A stretch of DNA of 64,000 nt, from positions 32,001-96,000 of IMG/VR virus record IMGVR_UViG_3300046467_002136; one strand, 5' to 3'. The DNA comes from a virus. Positions 1 to 8,951 of the stretch are shown here, piece after piece. The notes below the pieces were generated by a model that did no database searches, had not been told where the DNA came from, and saw only the letters and a list, made by a program, of their open reading frames with translations. Both the position numbers and the translations under genes were made by a program. The number at the start of each line of letters is the position of its first letter. Position 1 is the stretch's first letter.

Positions 1-1
1 C

Positions 2-1666
2 CGACCCGAAAGTGGGAGTATCTGACGCGCCTACGGCTTGTCCAATGGCAACGGTCGGGGTTGCAGTTTCCCCGCTGTTGTTGGTGAGGGTGACACCCGT
101 GCCAGCTACGAGGCTGGCGGTGTAGTCACCAGTTGTGTCTGTACCCAGGGCAACCGAGTTCGCTTGAATCGTTGCGGTAAGAGTTGCATCGGCGAGATCA
201 GTAATGGTTGCACTACCACCGAGGTCCCCGGCGAGAGTGATCGTGAAGTCATCGACGTTAAGGTCAATTGCACCGTCGCCAGCGTCATCATAGGTAGCAG
301 CGATTCCGGAATGGGAGCCGTTGGTAACCAACTGCCCTGCAACAATGTCCTGAACATTTTCGGTAATCAGGGCTAGATCGACAGCCCCATCGCCAGCATC
401 ATCATAAGTGGCTGTGATACCAGTATGTGACCCGTTAGTGGCGATCTGTGCGCCCGTAATGTCTTGGACATTCTCTGTAACAAGAGCCAAGTCGATAGCG
501 CCATCACCGGCATCATCGTAAGCAGCAGTGATGCCGGTGTGGGTGCCATTGGTAGCGAGTTGTGCGCCAGAGACATCCTGTGTCGCTTCAGTAAAATCTG
601 TAACTGCGGTCGAAGGAATAGCGATTGTCGTGTTCGCCGCAGCAGTCAGACGCCCATAAGTGTCAACCGTGTAACCGGGAACCTGTGTGGCGCTCCCATA
701 AGAAGCGGTAGAAACTCCAGATGCCGTAAGGGTCAGGTCGATAGCGCCATCGCCAGCGTCGTCGTAAGTGGCACCAATCCCGGTATGCGAACCGTTAGTG
801 GCTACTTGAGCGCCAACGGTATCCTCAATGTGTTCCGTGGCAGCACTCAGGTTTCCAGTCGTAACTACGGTTCCATCAACATTCGGGAATGTGATGGTGC
901 GGTCTGCTGTCGGATCTGTAACGGTCAGAGTGGTTTCAAAATCGTCAGCAGTGGCGCCTTCAAGGACGATGGATGCACCGGAGACATTGATCAGAGGAGT
1001 TGTAAGAGAGGTTGTGACAGTTACGTCGCTAGGCAATCCGACAGTTACGGCAGCCGTTTCTGAACCGGACCCGGAAACCTCAACCTCGTTGGCAGTCCCA
1101 GCGACTGTGGCAACGTAGTTGCCCGTGGTGTCGGTCCCCAACTCTGTCGCATCCGCAACGATGGTTGCAGTCAGCGTTACGTCGGCAAGGTTGGTAACGG
1201 TCGTGCTACCGCTCAGATCACCAGCCAAGGTGATCGAAAAATCATCAACATTTAGGTCAATAGCCCCATCACCAGCGTCGTCATAGGTGGCACTAATACC
1301 ACTGTGCGATCCGTTGGTAACGAACTGAGCGCCAACAACGTCTTCAACACTCTCAGTATTGGTTTCCCACGAAACGCCACCAGCGGCGGTGCTGTCAGCA
1401 ACGAGGTGCTGCCCATTGCTTCCTACGGCAAGTCGACCTGCCGTGTTGTCCGCTGTACCGACAAGAAGATCACCCTTGGCGTCGATCAGGTATTGAGGGA
1501 TGTCTCCCAAACCGCCGTAGCCAAGAGAAGTCCATGCAGTCGATCCGTCACCAATCTTGTAACGCTCGTTATCGGTTTCGTATCCGATTTCCCCGATGGC
1601 CAGCGTGGGGTTATTGGAAGTCCAGTTCGCTGCGGTGTCTCTACGGAATTGAATAATTGCGGCCAT
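2..1666 (-). CDS. Tail fibre protein, truncated by the left window edge (not in the ORF track)
   Basis: ATG at 1666 gives MAAIIQFRRDTAANWTSNNPTLAIGEIGYETDNERYKIGDGSTAW, an Mtd/hyaluronidase-type fibre N-terminus. The frame reads open in the stretches I translated, including the last ~360 nt to the edge. It is Thr/Gly/Ala/Asp-rich with internal repeats. Confidence 0.85.
   Translation of the reverse strand, partial: MAAIIQFRRDTAANWTSNNPTLAIGEIGYETDNERYKIGDGSTAWTSLGYGGLGDIPQYLIDAKGDLLVGTADNTAGRLAVGSNGQHLVADSTAAGGVSWETNTESVEDVVGAQFVTNGSHSGISATYDDAGDGAIDLNVDDFSITLAGDLSGSTTVTNLADVTLTATIVADATELGTDTTGNYVATVAGTANEVEVSGSGSETAAVTVGLPSDVTVTTSLTTPLINVSGASIVLEGATADDFETTLTVTDPTADRTITFPNVDGTVVTTGNLSAATEHIEDTVGAQVATNGSHTGIGATYDDAGDGAIDLTLTASGVSTASYGSATQVPGYTVDTYGRLTAAANTTIAIPSTAVTDFTEATQDVSGAQLATNGTHTGITAAYDDAGDGAIDLALVTENVQDITGAQIATNGSHTGITATYDDAGDGAVDLALITENVQDIVAGQLVTNGSHSGIAATYDDAGDGAIDLNVDDFTITLAGDLGGSATITDLADATLTATIQANSVALGTDTTGDYTASLVAGTGVTLTNNSGETATPTVAIGQAVGASDTPTFGS
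270..1352 (-). repeat. Five dispersed ~33-aa repeats (xQDIxGAQxATNGSHTGIxAxYDDAGDGAIDL) in the tail fibre
   Basis: Copies lie at about 270-362, 374-476, 485-584, 735-835 and 1255-1352, with synonymous divergence. Confidence 0.8.
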
Positions 1667-1675
1667 GGTTGCCCC

Positions 1676-2122
1676 CTAGACGTTCACGGTGGAGTCTTGA
1701 CCATCCGCATTGATATGGAATCGAACCCACGAGGCTGAGGAGCCGCCATCTGCGGCTGTTGCGGAGAGAGTGTCTAGAGCAATTTCCTGCCACTCTGAGT
1801 TCGACCTGAAATAGAACTTGTTGTTTGTAGTATCAATCGCAATGGTTCCGTCAGCTGCGGATGCCGTGGGCTCTTCGGTAGTAACGAGATTGACAACACC
1901 AGCGGTACTGGCGTCAAGAGCATCGTCCGTCTTCAGGGTGTTGGCGGCAGAGCGATACAGGTTGACATCGCCAGCCGTGGAACCGGAACCCCAAGTGATC
2001 TTTCCGCCCGCATCAATCTTGACTCGCGGCTCAGAATCCCCGTCAACTTTTACACCAACGGCCTGTGAAGATGCTGCTGATAATTCATCAACAGATATAC
2101 CAGTTTTAAATTTCTGAGCCAC
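1676..2122 (-). CDS. Tail fibre-associated/minor tail protein
   Basis: 148 aa between two fibre genes, with fibre-like motifs (DVNLYRSAANTLKTDD, DGTIAIDTTNNKFYFR). Confidence 0.6.
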   Translation of the reverse strand: MAQKFKTGISVDELSAASSQAVGVKVDGDSEPRVKIDAGGKITWGSGSTAGDVNLYRSAANTLKTDDALDASTAGVVNLVTTEEPTASAADGTIAIDTTNNKFYFRSNSEWQEIALDTLSATAADGGSSASWVRFHINADGQDSTVNV

Positions 2123-2180
2123 GGCCTCAACCGTACCTTCCTATAGGGCACCCCTCGGGGCGCTATGGGCGAATACCGTC

Positions 2181-3542
2181 TTAGCCGGTAATCACAACTA
2201 CATAGGCACCACTTGCTGGAGCCGTAGAGAAGTCAACAGTTACTGTCGTTGTGGTTGTGCGTACAACGTCTGCGATAACTGTGTCATAAGTAGAAGCGTC
2301 ATATACCTGAACAATCACTGCCCGAGTACCGATGTTGTGGACTAGGGCAAAGCTTGTAGCGCTTCCATCACCGATTGTCTGATTCGCGACACGAGCAGTT
2401 GTCGGGGTTGAAACTGTGAGACCCGTAGCCGAGGTGGCAGCGAGATTGTCGCGGGCAGCGGCTTCGGTGGTTGCGTTGGTACCACCTTGGGCGATGGGAA
2501 GGGTTCCCGTAACTCCGCCGTCAACGGCACCACCAGCCAAGTCGGCGGCGTCTGAAGTGAGGACACCAGCGGTATAGGTAATACCAGTACCGGCAATGTC
2601 ACTCTTGATGGCAAGACCGCTAGCCGTTGTAGCCAAACCGGCTACGGCAGGATCGAGTTCAACTTCCAGCTCATCACTGGTAATAATGACGGCACCATCG
2701 GACTTGACGTTGACGTTGAGTACGTCGCCGGTCTTGCTGAGGCCGTCGCCAGCGAAGATTGTGCCAGCAACCGAGAAGAGGGCAAAGACGAGGGCGGTTG
2801 TGCCGACGGTGATTGCACCGTCATTGGTCATCACCCAGCCAGAATCAGCGTTCGTTGTACCTTCTTCAACGAAGGTGAACATTCCCGGAGTCATCTCCGA
2901 GTTGGAGTCGGCGTCAGTTGCCCTGCTTGGAGCGCCAGAAGCGGCAACGATGTAAACGCCGTTCTCAGCACCAGAACCCTGATTCTTGACCAGGACCCTG
3001 TCGCCGGTAGCGAGCGTTACACCGTCAATGGCGTCGCCGTTTTCAAGGTCGCTGGAGAGGGTAAGGGCGGCAGTCGTCGCGGCCCTTACAGATGCCTTGA
3101 CATCCAACCCGGTACGAGCGGCGTCAACGTAAGCCTTATTGGCGGCGTCTAGATCAGCAGAAGGGGTAGAAACCTGTATACGACCGCTGCCGTCACGAAG
3201 GGCGAGAGTGGAGTTGGTATTGGTGCTTGTGGCGTTGTCAAGCTTTGTCTTGTCTGCACCCGACAGGAGACCGGAATCTCCGCCATTGACAACGTCGGCA
3301 ATAGAAAAGGAAACAGTACCGTTGGATTCGCTGACAACTAAAGCATTAGTAGTAGAAGTAATAGCGTGTAACGCCTTACGCCACGCAGAACCGTCATAGA
3401 CCTTGAGCACCTTTTCGGTGCTGTTGTATATCAGACGCCCCTCAAAGTTGCCAGAAGCTGGGTCAGAAGCTAATGATTCAAACCGACCATTCAGAAGTTG
3501 ATTCTGATTTAAGTCAAGATTTGTAACGAATTTAGTCGCCAT
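2181..3542 (-). CDS. Tail fibre/virion structural protein
   Basis: 453 aa, Thr/Ala/Gly-rich. Contains DAANKAYVD, KASVRAATT...DGVTLATGDRVLVKNQ and TGTLPIAQGGT motifs typical of phage fibres. Confidence 0.75.
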   Translation of the reverse strand: MATKFVTNLDLNQNQLLNGRFESLASDPASGNFEGRLIYNSTEKVLKVYDGSAWRKALHAITSTTNALVVSESNGTVSFSIADVVNGGDSGLLSGADKTKLDNATSTNTNSTLALRDGSGRIQVSTPSADLDAANKAYVDAARTGLDVKASVRAATTAALTLSSDLENGDAIDGVTLATGDRVLVKNQGSGAENGVYIVAASGAPSRATDADSNSEMTPGMFTFVEEGTTNADSGWVMTNDGAITVGTTALVFALFSVAGTIFAGDGLSKTGDVLNVNVKSDGAVIITSDELEVELDPAVAGLATTASGLAIKSDIAGTGITYTAGVLTSDAADLAGGAVDGGVTGTLPIAQGGTNATTEAAARDNLAATSATGLTVSTPTTARVANQTIGDGSATSFALVHNIGTRAVIVQVYDASTYDTVIADVVRTTTTTVTVDFSTAPASGAYVVVITG

Positions 3543-3556
3543 CCCCTACCTACCTA

Positions 3557-3919
3557 TCAAGTGAGATATGCATTCCCAGCGAAAGCTGCCGAGAATGACA
3601 CCGTTATTTGAGTGTCGCTGTTATATAATACATCACCTACAACAGTAGTGTCCGCAGTGTCTACTACGGTTACTTGCGGTTTTCCCCTTAATGCATGGGT
3701 AATAACCCACGATGTTGATGGTGATGCCTGTGTATGAACATGACGTTTTACGAAGATTGTTTCCGTACCCAAAAGCTGAACTGCGATTACGGTTGGAGCC
3801 TCTGGATCAATACAAATCGTGTTGCGTGAATCCTCATAGATGTTGACAGCATTTGGGTATTCTTGTATTTGGATCTGGTTGCCGTCAGCATCACAAATGA
3901 CTTGATTAGGAACCGTCAT
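3557..3919 (-). CDS. Small virion structural protein
   Basis: 120 aa. The C-terminal HTQASPSTSWVITHAL..PQVTVVD module resembles the C-terminus of the 2181-3542 protein. Confidence 0.55.
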   Translation of the reverse strand: MTVPNQVICDADGNQIQIQEYPNAVNIYEDSRNTICIDPEAPTVIAVQLLGTETIFVKRHVHTQASPSTSWVITHALRGKPQVTVVDTADTTVVGDVLYNSDTQITVSFSAAFAGNAYLT

Positions 3920-4290
3920 TAGTGAGTCACCTCCAAATCAAGAGTGAAGGTGCCTTGGATGACACGAGAAACCGTGCCACCAGCTGAAACGATTTCTAAG
4001 TCGTAAACACCGTCAGAATCAAGCGCGGCTGTCTGCGTGCTTGTCATGACAATTTCGAATGTCCCAGCTGATCCACCAAGAACGATGCCACTGTTAGCGG
4101 TGGTCAACTCAATCTCAGGAGAAGCAGATTCCAGGGTTCGACGCACCTGCATTCTGGCGGTATAACCCGTCAAGTCATACAGTAGATACGTCGAACCCGT
4201 GGAATCACTTGGGTCTGGGTACTTCAGGATGCACGACCTTGAGAAGTCGGTTCCCTGTTCGCACGTTATGTTGTAAATGCCTGCGATCAT
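3919..4290 (-). CDS. Phage structural/tail fibre adaptor protein (beta-sandwich)
   Basis: 123 aa with YNITCEQGTDF...DLTGYTARMQVR...GVYDLEI; strong AGGAGG RBS upstream. Confidence 0.6.
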   Translation of the reverse strand: MIAGIYNITCEQGTDFSRSCILKYPDPSDSTGSTYLLYDLTGYTARMQVRRTLESASPEIELTTANSGIVLGGSAGTFEIVMTSTQTAALDSDGVYDLEIVSAGGTVSRVIQGTFTLDLEVTH

Positions 4291-4358
4291 GGGGCACTCC
4301 TCCTACGCTTATTCATTGTAGATTATGAGTGCTGATGTACAGGGCAATTACACCACCT

Positions 4359-4574
4359 TTAGCTGACCGAAGCTGATTCTTTGTTAGAACCAACGTTCTT
4401 CAAGCCCATCGCCATAGCAACTGAAAGGGCAACCGCTACAGCGCCCGCCTTCAGATTTGCAGTGTCGGTGAACCCGTCAAAGTCAGCACCAGTCGCCATC
4501 CAAACACCCAGGTAAGCCTGGACGAATGTACGGACGGCACGCTCAATTGCATCTTTAATAAAGGACATACTCAT
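4359..4574 (-). CDS. Holin, r1t-like family
   Basis: 71 aa with two hydrophobic segments and the ERAVRTFVQA signature of r1t-type holins of Gram-positive/actinobacterial phages. Confidence 0.8.
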   Translation of the reverse strand: MSMSFIKDAIERAVRTFVQAYLGVWMATGADFDGFTDTANLKAGAVAVALSVAMAMGLKNVGSNKESASVS

Positions 4575-4614
4575 AAGAAACCCTCCTAGGTTTGCAGTTA
4601 GTGGTCCTTGTCTA

Positions 4615-5235
4615 TTATACCAGCGGGGGTTTCTCTGTTTCGGGCCTGGGCATTTCTGGGTGTAAAGGAATATAATGAAAGAGGATCGTTTCCGCTGTAC
4701 CAGTAGGAATTTGCTCTCGATAATGCCATCTATGAGTACCGGAAAAAAAAGCTGCAGAATTTGGAGACTGGTCTATTTTTATAAACTCTGTGGATTTTCT
4801 AAGGTCATTCACGAAGCTTTTTTCTTGTCCGAACCCTACCCCGGTATCAAGAATGTGTTTTCGCTCATCATCCGAAAGCTCTTTTTTAGATACATATATG
4901 GGCCAAGATGGGATATCGCACCGAATCATGTAACTGACTGTATAGACACAAGCTTCCCGATCTATATGGACTGGGAGATCCCCCGTGTTTTTCCAATAAG
5001 AAGATAAACAGGTATAAGTGGGTTTAACGGGTTCTTCAAAAATTTTAGAAACCAATTCTTCTAAGTGAAGGTGGGCTTCGCGAAAAAAAGGCAAATCGAT
5101 CCAAACAAACCTGTTTGTAGAATCATTTGACGCGCTGGTTTGGTGATCGTAAACGTCATTATCTAAAAATTGGACGATGTCACGCCGAGTTTTTTTAGAA
5201 TATAAATTTGGAATAGCAGAAACGATCGAAGGCAT
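4615..5235 (-). CDS. Putative 2OG-Fe(II) oxygenase-family protein
   Basis: HxD motif (LPVHIDREAC) and distal His (HRWHYRE). AT-richer than its neighbours. Confidence 0.65.
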   Translation of the reverse strand: MPSIVSAIPNLYSKKTRRDIVQFLDNDVYDHQTSASNDSTNRFVWIDLPFFREAHLHLEELVSKIFEEPVKPTYTCLSSYWKNTGDLPVHIDREACVYTVSYMIRCDIPSWPIYVSKKELSDDERKHILDTGVGFGQEKSFVNDLRKSTEFIKIDQSPNSAAFFSGTHRWHYREQIPTGTAETILFHYIPLHPEMPRPETEKPPLV

Positions 5236-5252
5236 AGGCTCAACCTATACGA

Positions 5253-5552
5253 CTAAAGGACTTCCATATAAAGATTGAGCAACGCGACTTCTGCTGAGGC
5301 GGCATCCACTTCAGCTTTTGTCCCCATGCGCTGCCAAGTTCCATTGATCCGAACCTGAAACTCATCGACATCTTCTATGTAAGCACACAATCCGTCGTGT
5401 TGTGCACTGGCCATTTGACCAAAACCGGCAGAGTTGTTATCTCTTGCTGAGGCATTAGCAAATACACAAATCGATTGCTCCATCAACAGGTCATTTACGT
5501 CGACAGCGGTTAAAACTTCGTTTTGGGCGAATACCTTAAAACCATTAGCCAT
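5253..5552 (-). CDS. Minor tail protein
   Basis: 99 aa with the FKVFAQNEVLTAVDVNDLLMEQS..FANASARD N-terminus common in actinophage tail proteins; follows the baseplate genes. Confidence 0.55.
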   Translation of the reverse strand: MANGFKVFAQNEVLTAVDVNDLLMEQSICVFANASARDNNSAGFGQMASAQHDGLCAYIEDVDEFQVRINGTWQRMGTKAEVDAASAEVALLNLYMEVL

Positions 5553-5566
5553 GTTCTGTACCTCCG

Positions 5567-7144
5567 CTATCCGAGTTTATTGACACTGAGTCGTCCAATA
5601 CCCATGTTATCTAATGTTAAATATAGGGCAGTTACAACTGCATGCGTGTAAAAATACCCCATGGGTCTTGCCAATTCTACTGCATCCATTACAGGCGCAG
5701 AAGAATCTCCAACTGTTGTTGAGTCCGGAGTCTCACTGAGCACCGTTTGCAGCAACATGTGCCAGTGGCTCGTGATCTTGTATGTTGACGTAGCGTCTGG
5801 AGTTCCTGCCGCCCAAGAGGCAACTGTTGCGACCTTCGTGCTACCCACATAGTCCGTAATATCTACAGTTGCAGCATTCTGTCCGGTTCCTCCGGTTAGT
5901 TCGATTTGCGAACCGTTGTAATAGTCATCCAAAGCGGACGCAGCAGCAGCTAACGTGATTGTTGTAGCACTTCCCGCTTGAGCCGTTCCAGAATCAAGCG
6001 TTGAGTTCGGATATAGCGCAACCTCTTTGTCGCCACTCAGTACTTGCTGTACAGACTTCAACACGGCGTCTCTCGTACCTCCGTGTACTCCGTAATATCC
6101 GTTTTCAAACTGCCAAGCGATGTAAGCGCCTTCGTCAGTTATCCATGATTCAAAATTACCGTTAGGCGATCCACCGGCAGCATTTTCATTCCCACCTGTC
6201 GCCCACACATTACGTTTTAACGTGGTGCCGATAAATTGCGCCAACCAGGCTTCAGACTCAGTTTTTTGGATTGCAGGAAGACCGTAACCCACATATTCAG
6301 GATCAACTAAAGTACTTCGAGTCCATCGTTCTGTACCGGTTTGGCGTGGATGAAGCTCGGTCAATTCGTAATCAAACCATTGCTTATATCTAGTCAAAGC
6401 CTCGTTGCCTTTAGAGGTCATGATATCAAGCAATTTATAGTAGGGGTATGTTGGATTAGTTTCGGTTGCATCCATATCCCAATAAAATGTTGGTATAAAA
6501 GATTTACCTGTTCGAACATAGTTATTTAGATGAAACGCCGTGTCATCAATAAGCGCACAGGTAGTAATTTGAAATGGCTGCCCTTCATGTCCGCTGACGG
6601 TAATCTGAATTTTCATATTAAAAGTACTGTTGCTGGCAGCTGACTGGTTTTCAACAATTGGGTAGTAGTTGCTACGAAACGAAGTCCACTGGCCTGGAAG
6701 GTTGACCGTCGATTTGAAAGAACTCAAATTTGGATAACCATCCACGAGGATTGTGTAAATGTTTCCAGTTGTGGTGTCTGGATTTGGGATGACAACATTT
6801 CCGAATGATTCGGTCTGCTGACAAATCTCGACTTTTGTGATTATGTCAGAATCCGAAAGAACGTTTCCAGAAAATGTTAGATTGCAATTAAATGCCTTAG
6901 CCGATGTAACTGATTGATTCTCTAACTCGACGACTATAGGGTCAGAATTTGTCGGACCAACATTCATTGCATAGTATGTGGGGGTTAAAGTGTATGTTTC
7001 AAGATCTGTAACTGTGTACGTCCCATTGCCGGACGTTACCGACCATGCAGAAATATACTCATTTGGATTCTGAAAATCCCCGAGTGCGTCCCTCGACGAG
7101 AAGGCTTCGTTGAGCCCTAGCAGATTTACTGTCGTTGCAGCCAT
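5567..7144 (-). CDS. Baseplate wedge/tail protein (P2 gpI-like position)
   Basis: 525 aa directly after the baseplate J-like gene; has a WLAQFIG and ELARPMG-type pattern. Confidence 0.6.
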   Translation of the reverse strand: MAATTVNLLGLNEAFSSRDALGDFQNPNEYISAWSVTSGNGTYTVTDLETYTLTPTYYAMNVGPTNSDPIVVELENQSVTSAKAFNCNLTFSGNVLSDSDIITKVEICQQTESFGNVVIPNPDTTTGNIYTILVDGYPNLSSFKSTVNLPGQWTSFRSNYYPIVENQSAASNSTFNMKIQITVSGHEGQPFQITTCALIDDTAFHLNNYVRTGKSFIPTFYWDMDATETNPTYPYYKLLDIMTSKGNEALTRYKQWFDYELTELHPRQTGTERWTRSTLVDPEYVGYGLPAIQKTESEAWLAQFIGTTLKRNVWATGGNENAAGGSPNGNFESWITDEGAYIAWQFENGYYGVHGGTRDAVLKSVQQVLSGDKEVALYPNSTLDSGTAQAGSATTITLAAAASALDDYYNGSQIELTGGTGQNAATVDITDYVGSTKVATVASWAAGTPDATSTYKITSHWHMLLQTVLSETPDSTTVGDSSAPVMDAVELARPMGYFYTHAVVTALYLTLDNMGIGRLSVNKLG

Positions 7145-8619
7145 TACGCTACCGTGACAGCCGTCATTGTGATCGTTAGGTTACCTTCCGAAAGCTGGGG
7201 CAGCATTCCTTTAGCCAGATATTCTATGTTGCCGCCAGTCACTTGATAGAGAGCGCTGTGTGCTGTTCCACTCGAACTATTGCCCGAAGCAACACTTAAC
7301 GTCACACTCTCGACATAGAGCACACCAGCGACTTCCTGGATGTTAGCAAGAATAGCTCCAGATGTGATTCCCTCGCCATCGACAACTCCAGACCGAACAC
7401 CGTCATATCCCAGTGGCGACAGATATGTCAATACTTTATTTTTAATAGATGTTTCAAGTGCAGCACTATTGTAAACCGAATTGTATTTCAGTACTGCCGC
7501 AACCTCAAGGTCAAAAATGTCCACATCCAAAGTGCCAATTGTCAATCCGGCCACTGAACGATCAGCGACATAGGTAGAAATTTCTTGTTTCTCGGCTGTG
7601 GTCAATTGGCGATTATTGCCATAAGTGAAAAGAGTGATATATCCCAAATCGTTAGCTGCTGCAGCTAAACGCGGATATGCCCCACCCGAATTTGTCAAAT
7701 CATATGCTTTTACGAAGTTAACAAAAGTTTTGTTGCTGATAATAGATTGTTGAGCATGTGCAGCTTTTGTCATAGCCGAAGCCAAGCTTTGGAGATGAGA
7801 TCGGACACGAGTCAAATACGCGAATGGGCGTTCTGGGGCAGATCCATTGACGAAAGATGCGTTCACTTTATAGACGGATGTAGCGTCCGGAGTGCCGGAA
7901 GGCCACGATGCAACTGTCGCAACTTTTGTAGAACCTACATAATCAGTGATTGTCACTTGAGTAGCGCTGTTTCCAGTACCGCTGATAATTGTTAATTTCT
8001 TATTGTTGTAGTAGTCGTCAGTAGCTGATGCTGTGGCCGCTAACGTGATTGACGTGCTCGTTCCAGCCTGTGCGGTTCCAGATTGTTGAGCATAAATTGT
8101 GTCGATTTGAAAGATTACGTTTTGAGAAAAGAATTCCGTACCGGTTGTCACAACTGGATGAAGCGAAACTTCGGTACTAGTTAAAATAACTGTTACTTCC
8201 GCTGGCGTGCCGGACCAGTCCGCTACCGCAATCCCTGTAGTAGTTTCATAGGAGTACTGAGAAGTTTCTCCACCAGCAATTCGCTGATAAAAGAATTGAC
8301 TTCCGGTCGGAATGTCAATACCAACATCTTGATTTAAGGTGAAAGTAACCTCTATCGTGGCTCGGGTGCCTTCACCTTTTTCTATGCCCAACAATCTTCC
8401 CACGCCCTCCATGATGCGTGGAGGGAGCCTGTTGATGTGAGAAATTGTTAAATGACTCATGTGGGCGGCAGCTTGCAAAAGTGCGTCTTCCGGGGTGCCC
8501 TGACGAACCTTGAATTCTGGCAACGTCAGTCGAGCCAACTCAACAGATCCGATATAGATGTCACCCGGAGTCACATCTTCGGGAATCATATCTACATATT
8601 CACTCCAATTTGCTGGCAT
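7144..8619 (-). CDS. Baseplate J-like wedge protein
   Basis: 491 aa: GRLLGIEK..GTRATIEVTFT, GSAPE...YLTRVR, IQEVAGVLYVESV. Lies after the gp25-like gene. Confidence 0.8.
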   Translation of the reverse strand: MPANWSEYVDMIPEDVTPGDIYIGSVELARLTLPEFKVRQGTPEDALLQAAAHMSHLTISHINRLPPRIMEGVGRLLGIEKGEGTRATIEVTFTLNQDVGIDIPTGSQFFYQRIAGGETSQYSYETTTGIAVADWSGTPAEVTVILTSTEVSLHPVVTTGTEFFSQNVIFQIDTIYAQQSGTAQAGTSTSITLAATASATDDYYNNKKLTIISGTGNSATQVTITDYVGSTKVATVASWPSGTPDATSVYKVNASFVNGSAPERPFAYLTRVRSHLQSLASAMTKAAHAQQSIISNKTFVNFVKAYDLTNSGGAYPRLAAAANDLGYITLFTYGNNRQLTTAEKQEISTYVADRSVAGLTIGTLDVDIFDLEVAAVLKYNSVYNSAALETSIKNKVLTYLSPLGYDGVRSGVVDGEGITSGAILANIQEVAGVLYVESVTLSVASGNSSSGTAHSALYQVTGGNIEYLAKGMLPQLSEGNLTITMTAVTVA

Positions 8620-8620
8620 A

Positions 8621-8923
8621 TCAGGTACCTCGACGTGAGAAATGGACGGTCACTGTGTTTTCTCCGTTACCTTCATCTATCGAAGTTTCTATAGATTGAA
8701 TCTCTATTTCAGGAACATAGCGTCCTGCGTGAAACAAGAACTGTCCACGATCAATTGTTTTGAACGTAGGGTCTTGAACCCCAAAATCGGGCGTTAAAGG
8801 ATGTGTTCCAGGTTCTGTCCGAGCGGTCACGGCCAATATTTGCTTAAAATACTCATCCTGACTGGGGTACAGCACCTGAAAGCCACCGTTGGTCTCCGTA
8901 AAAGAGATGGGGAATTTCATCAT
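8621..8923 (-). CDS. Baseplate wedge protein, T4 gp25/P2 gpW-like
   Basis: 100 aa with TEPGTHPLTPDFGV and RYVPEIEI motifs, in the canonical position between spike and J. Confidence 0.75.
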   Translation of the reverse strand: MMKFPISFTETNGGFQVLYPSQDEYFKQILAVTARTEPGTHPLTPDFGVQDPTFKTIDRGQFLFHAGRYVPEIEIQSIETSIDEGNGENTVTVHFSRRGT

Positions 8924-8951
8924 GTCAGTAAACCTCCACAGTATTCATAGT

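Noticed and set aside
1-1666. Diversity-generating retroelement target (Mtd-like N-terminus)
   Set aside because: No reverse transcriptase or TR/VR pair with adenine-specific differences was seen, and the fibre C-terminus lies outside the window.
38-1738. Plus-strand ORFs 38-376, 464-1063 and 1304-1738, and many similar antisense or alternate-frame ORFs throughout the track
   Set aside because: They are shadows of long, motif-bearing genes on the other strand or frame (for example 39002-39436, 39172-39600, 61779-62462, 62096-62683).
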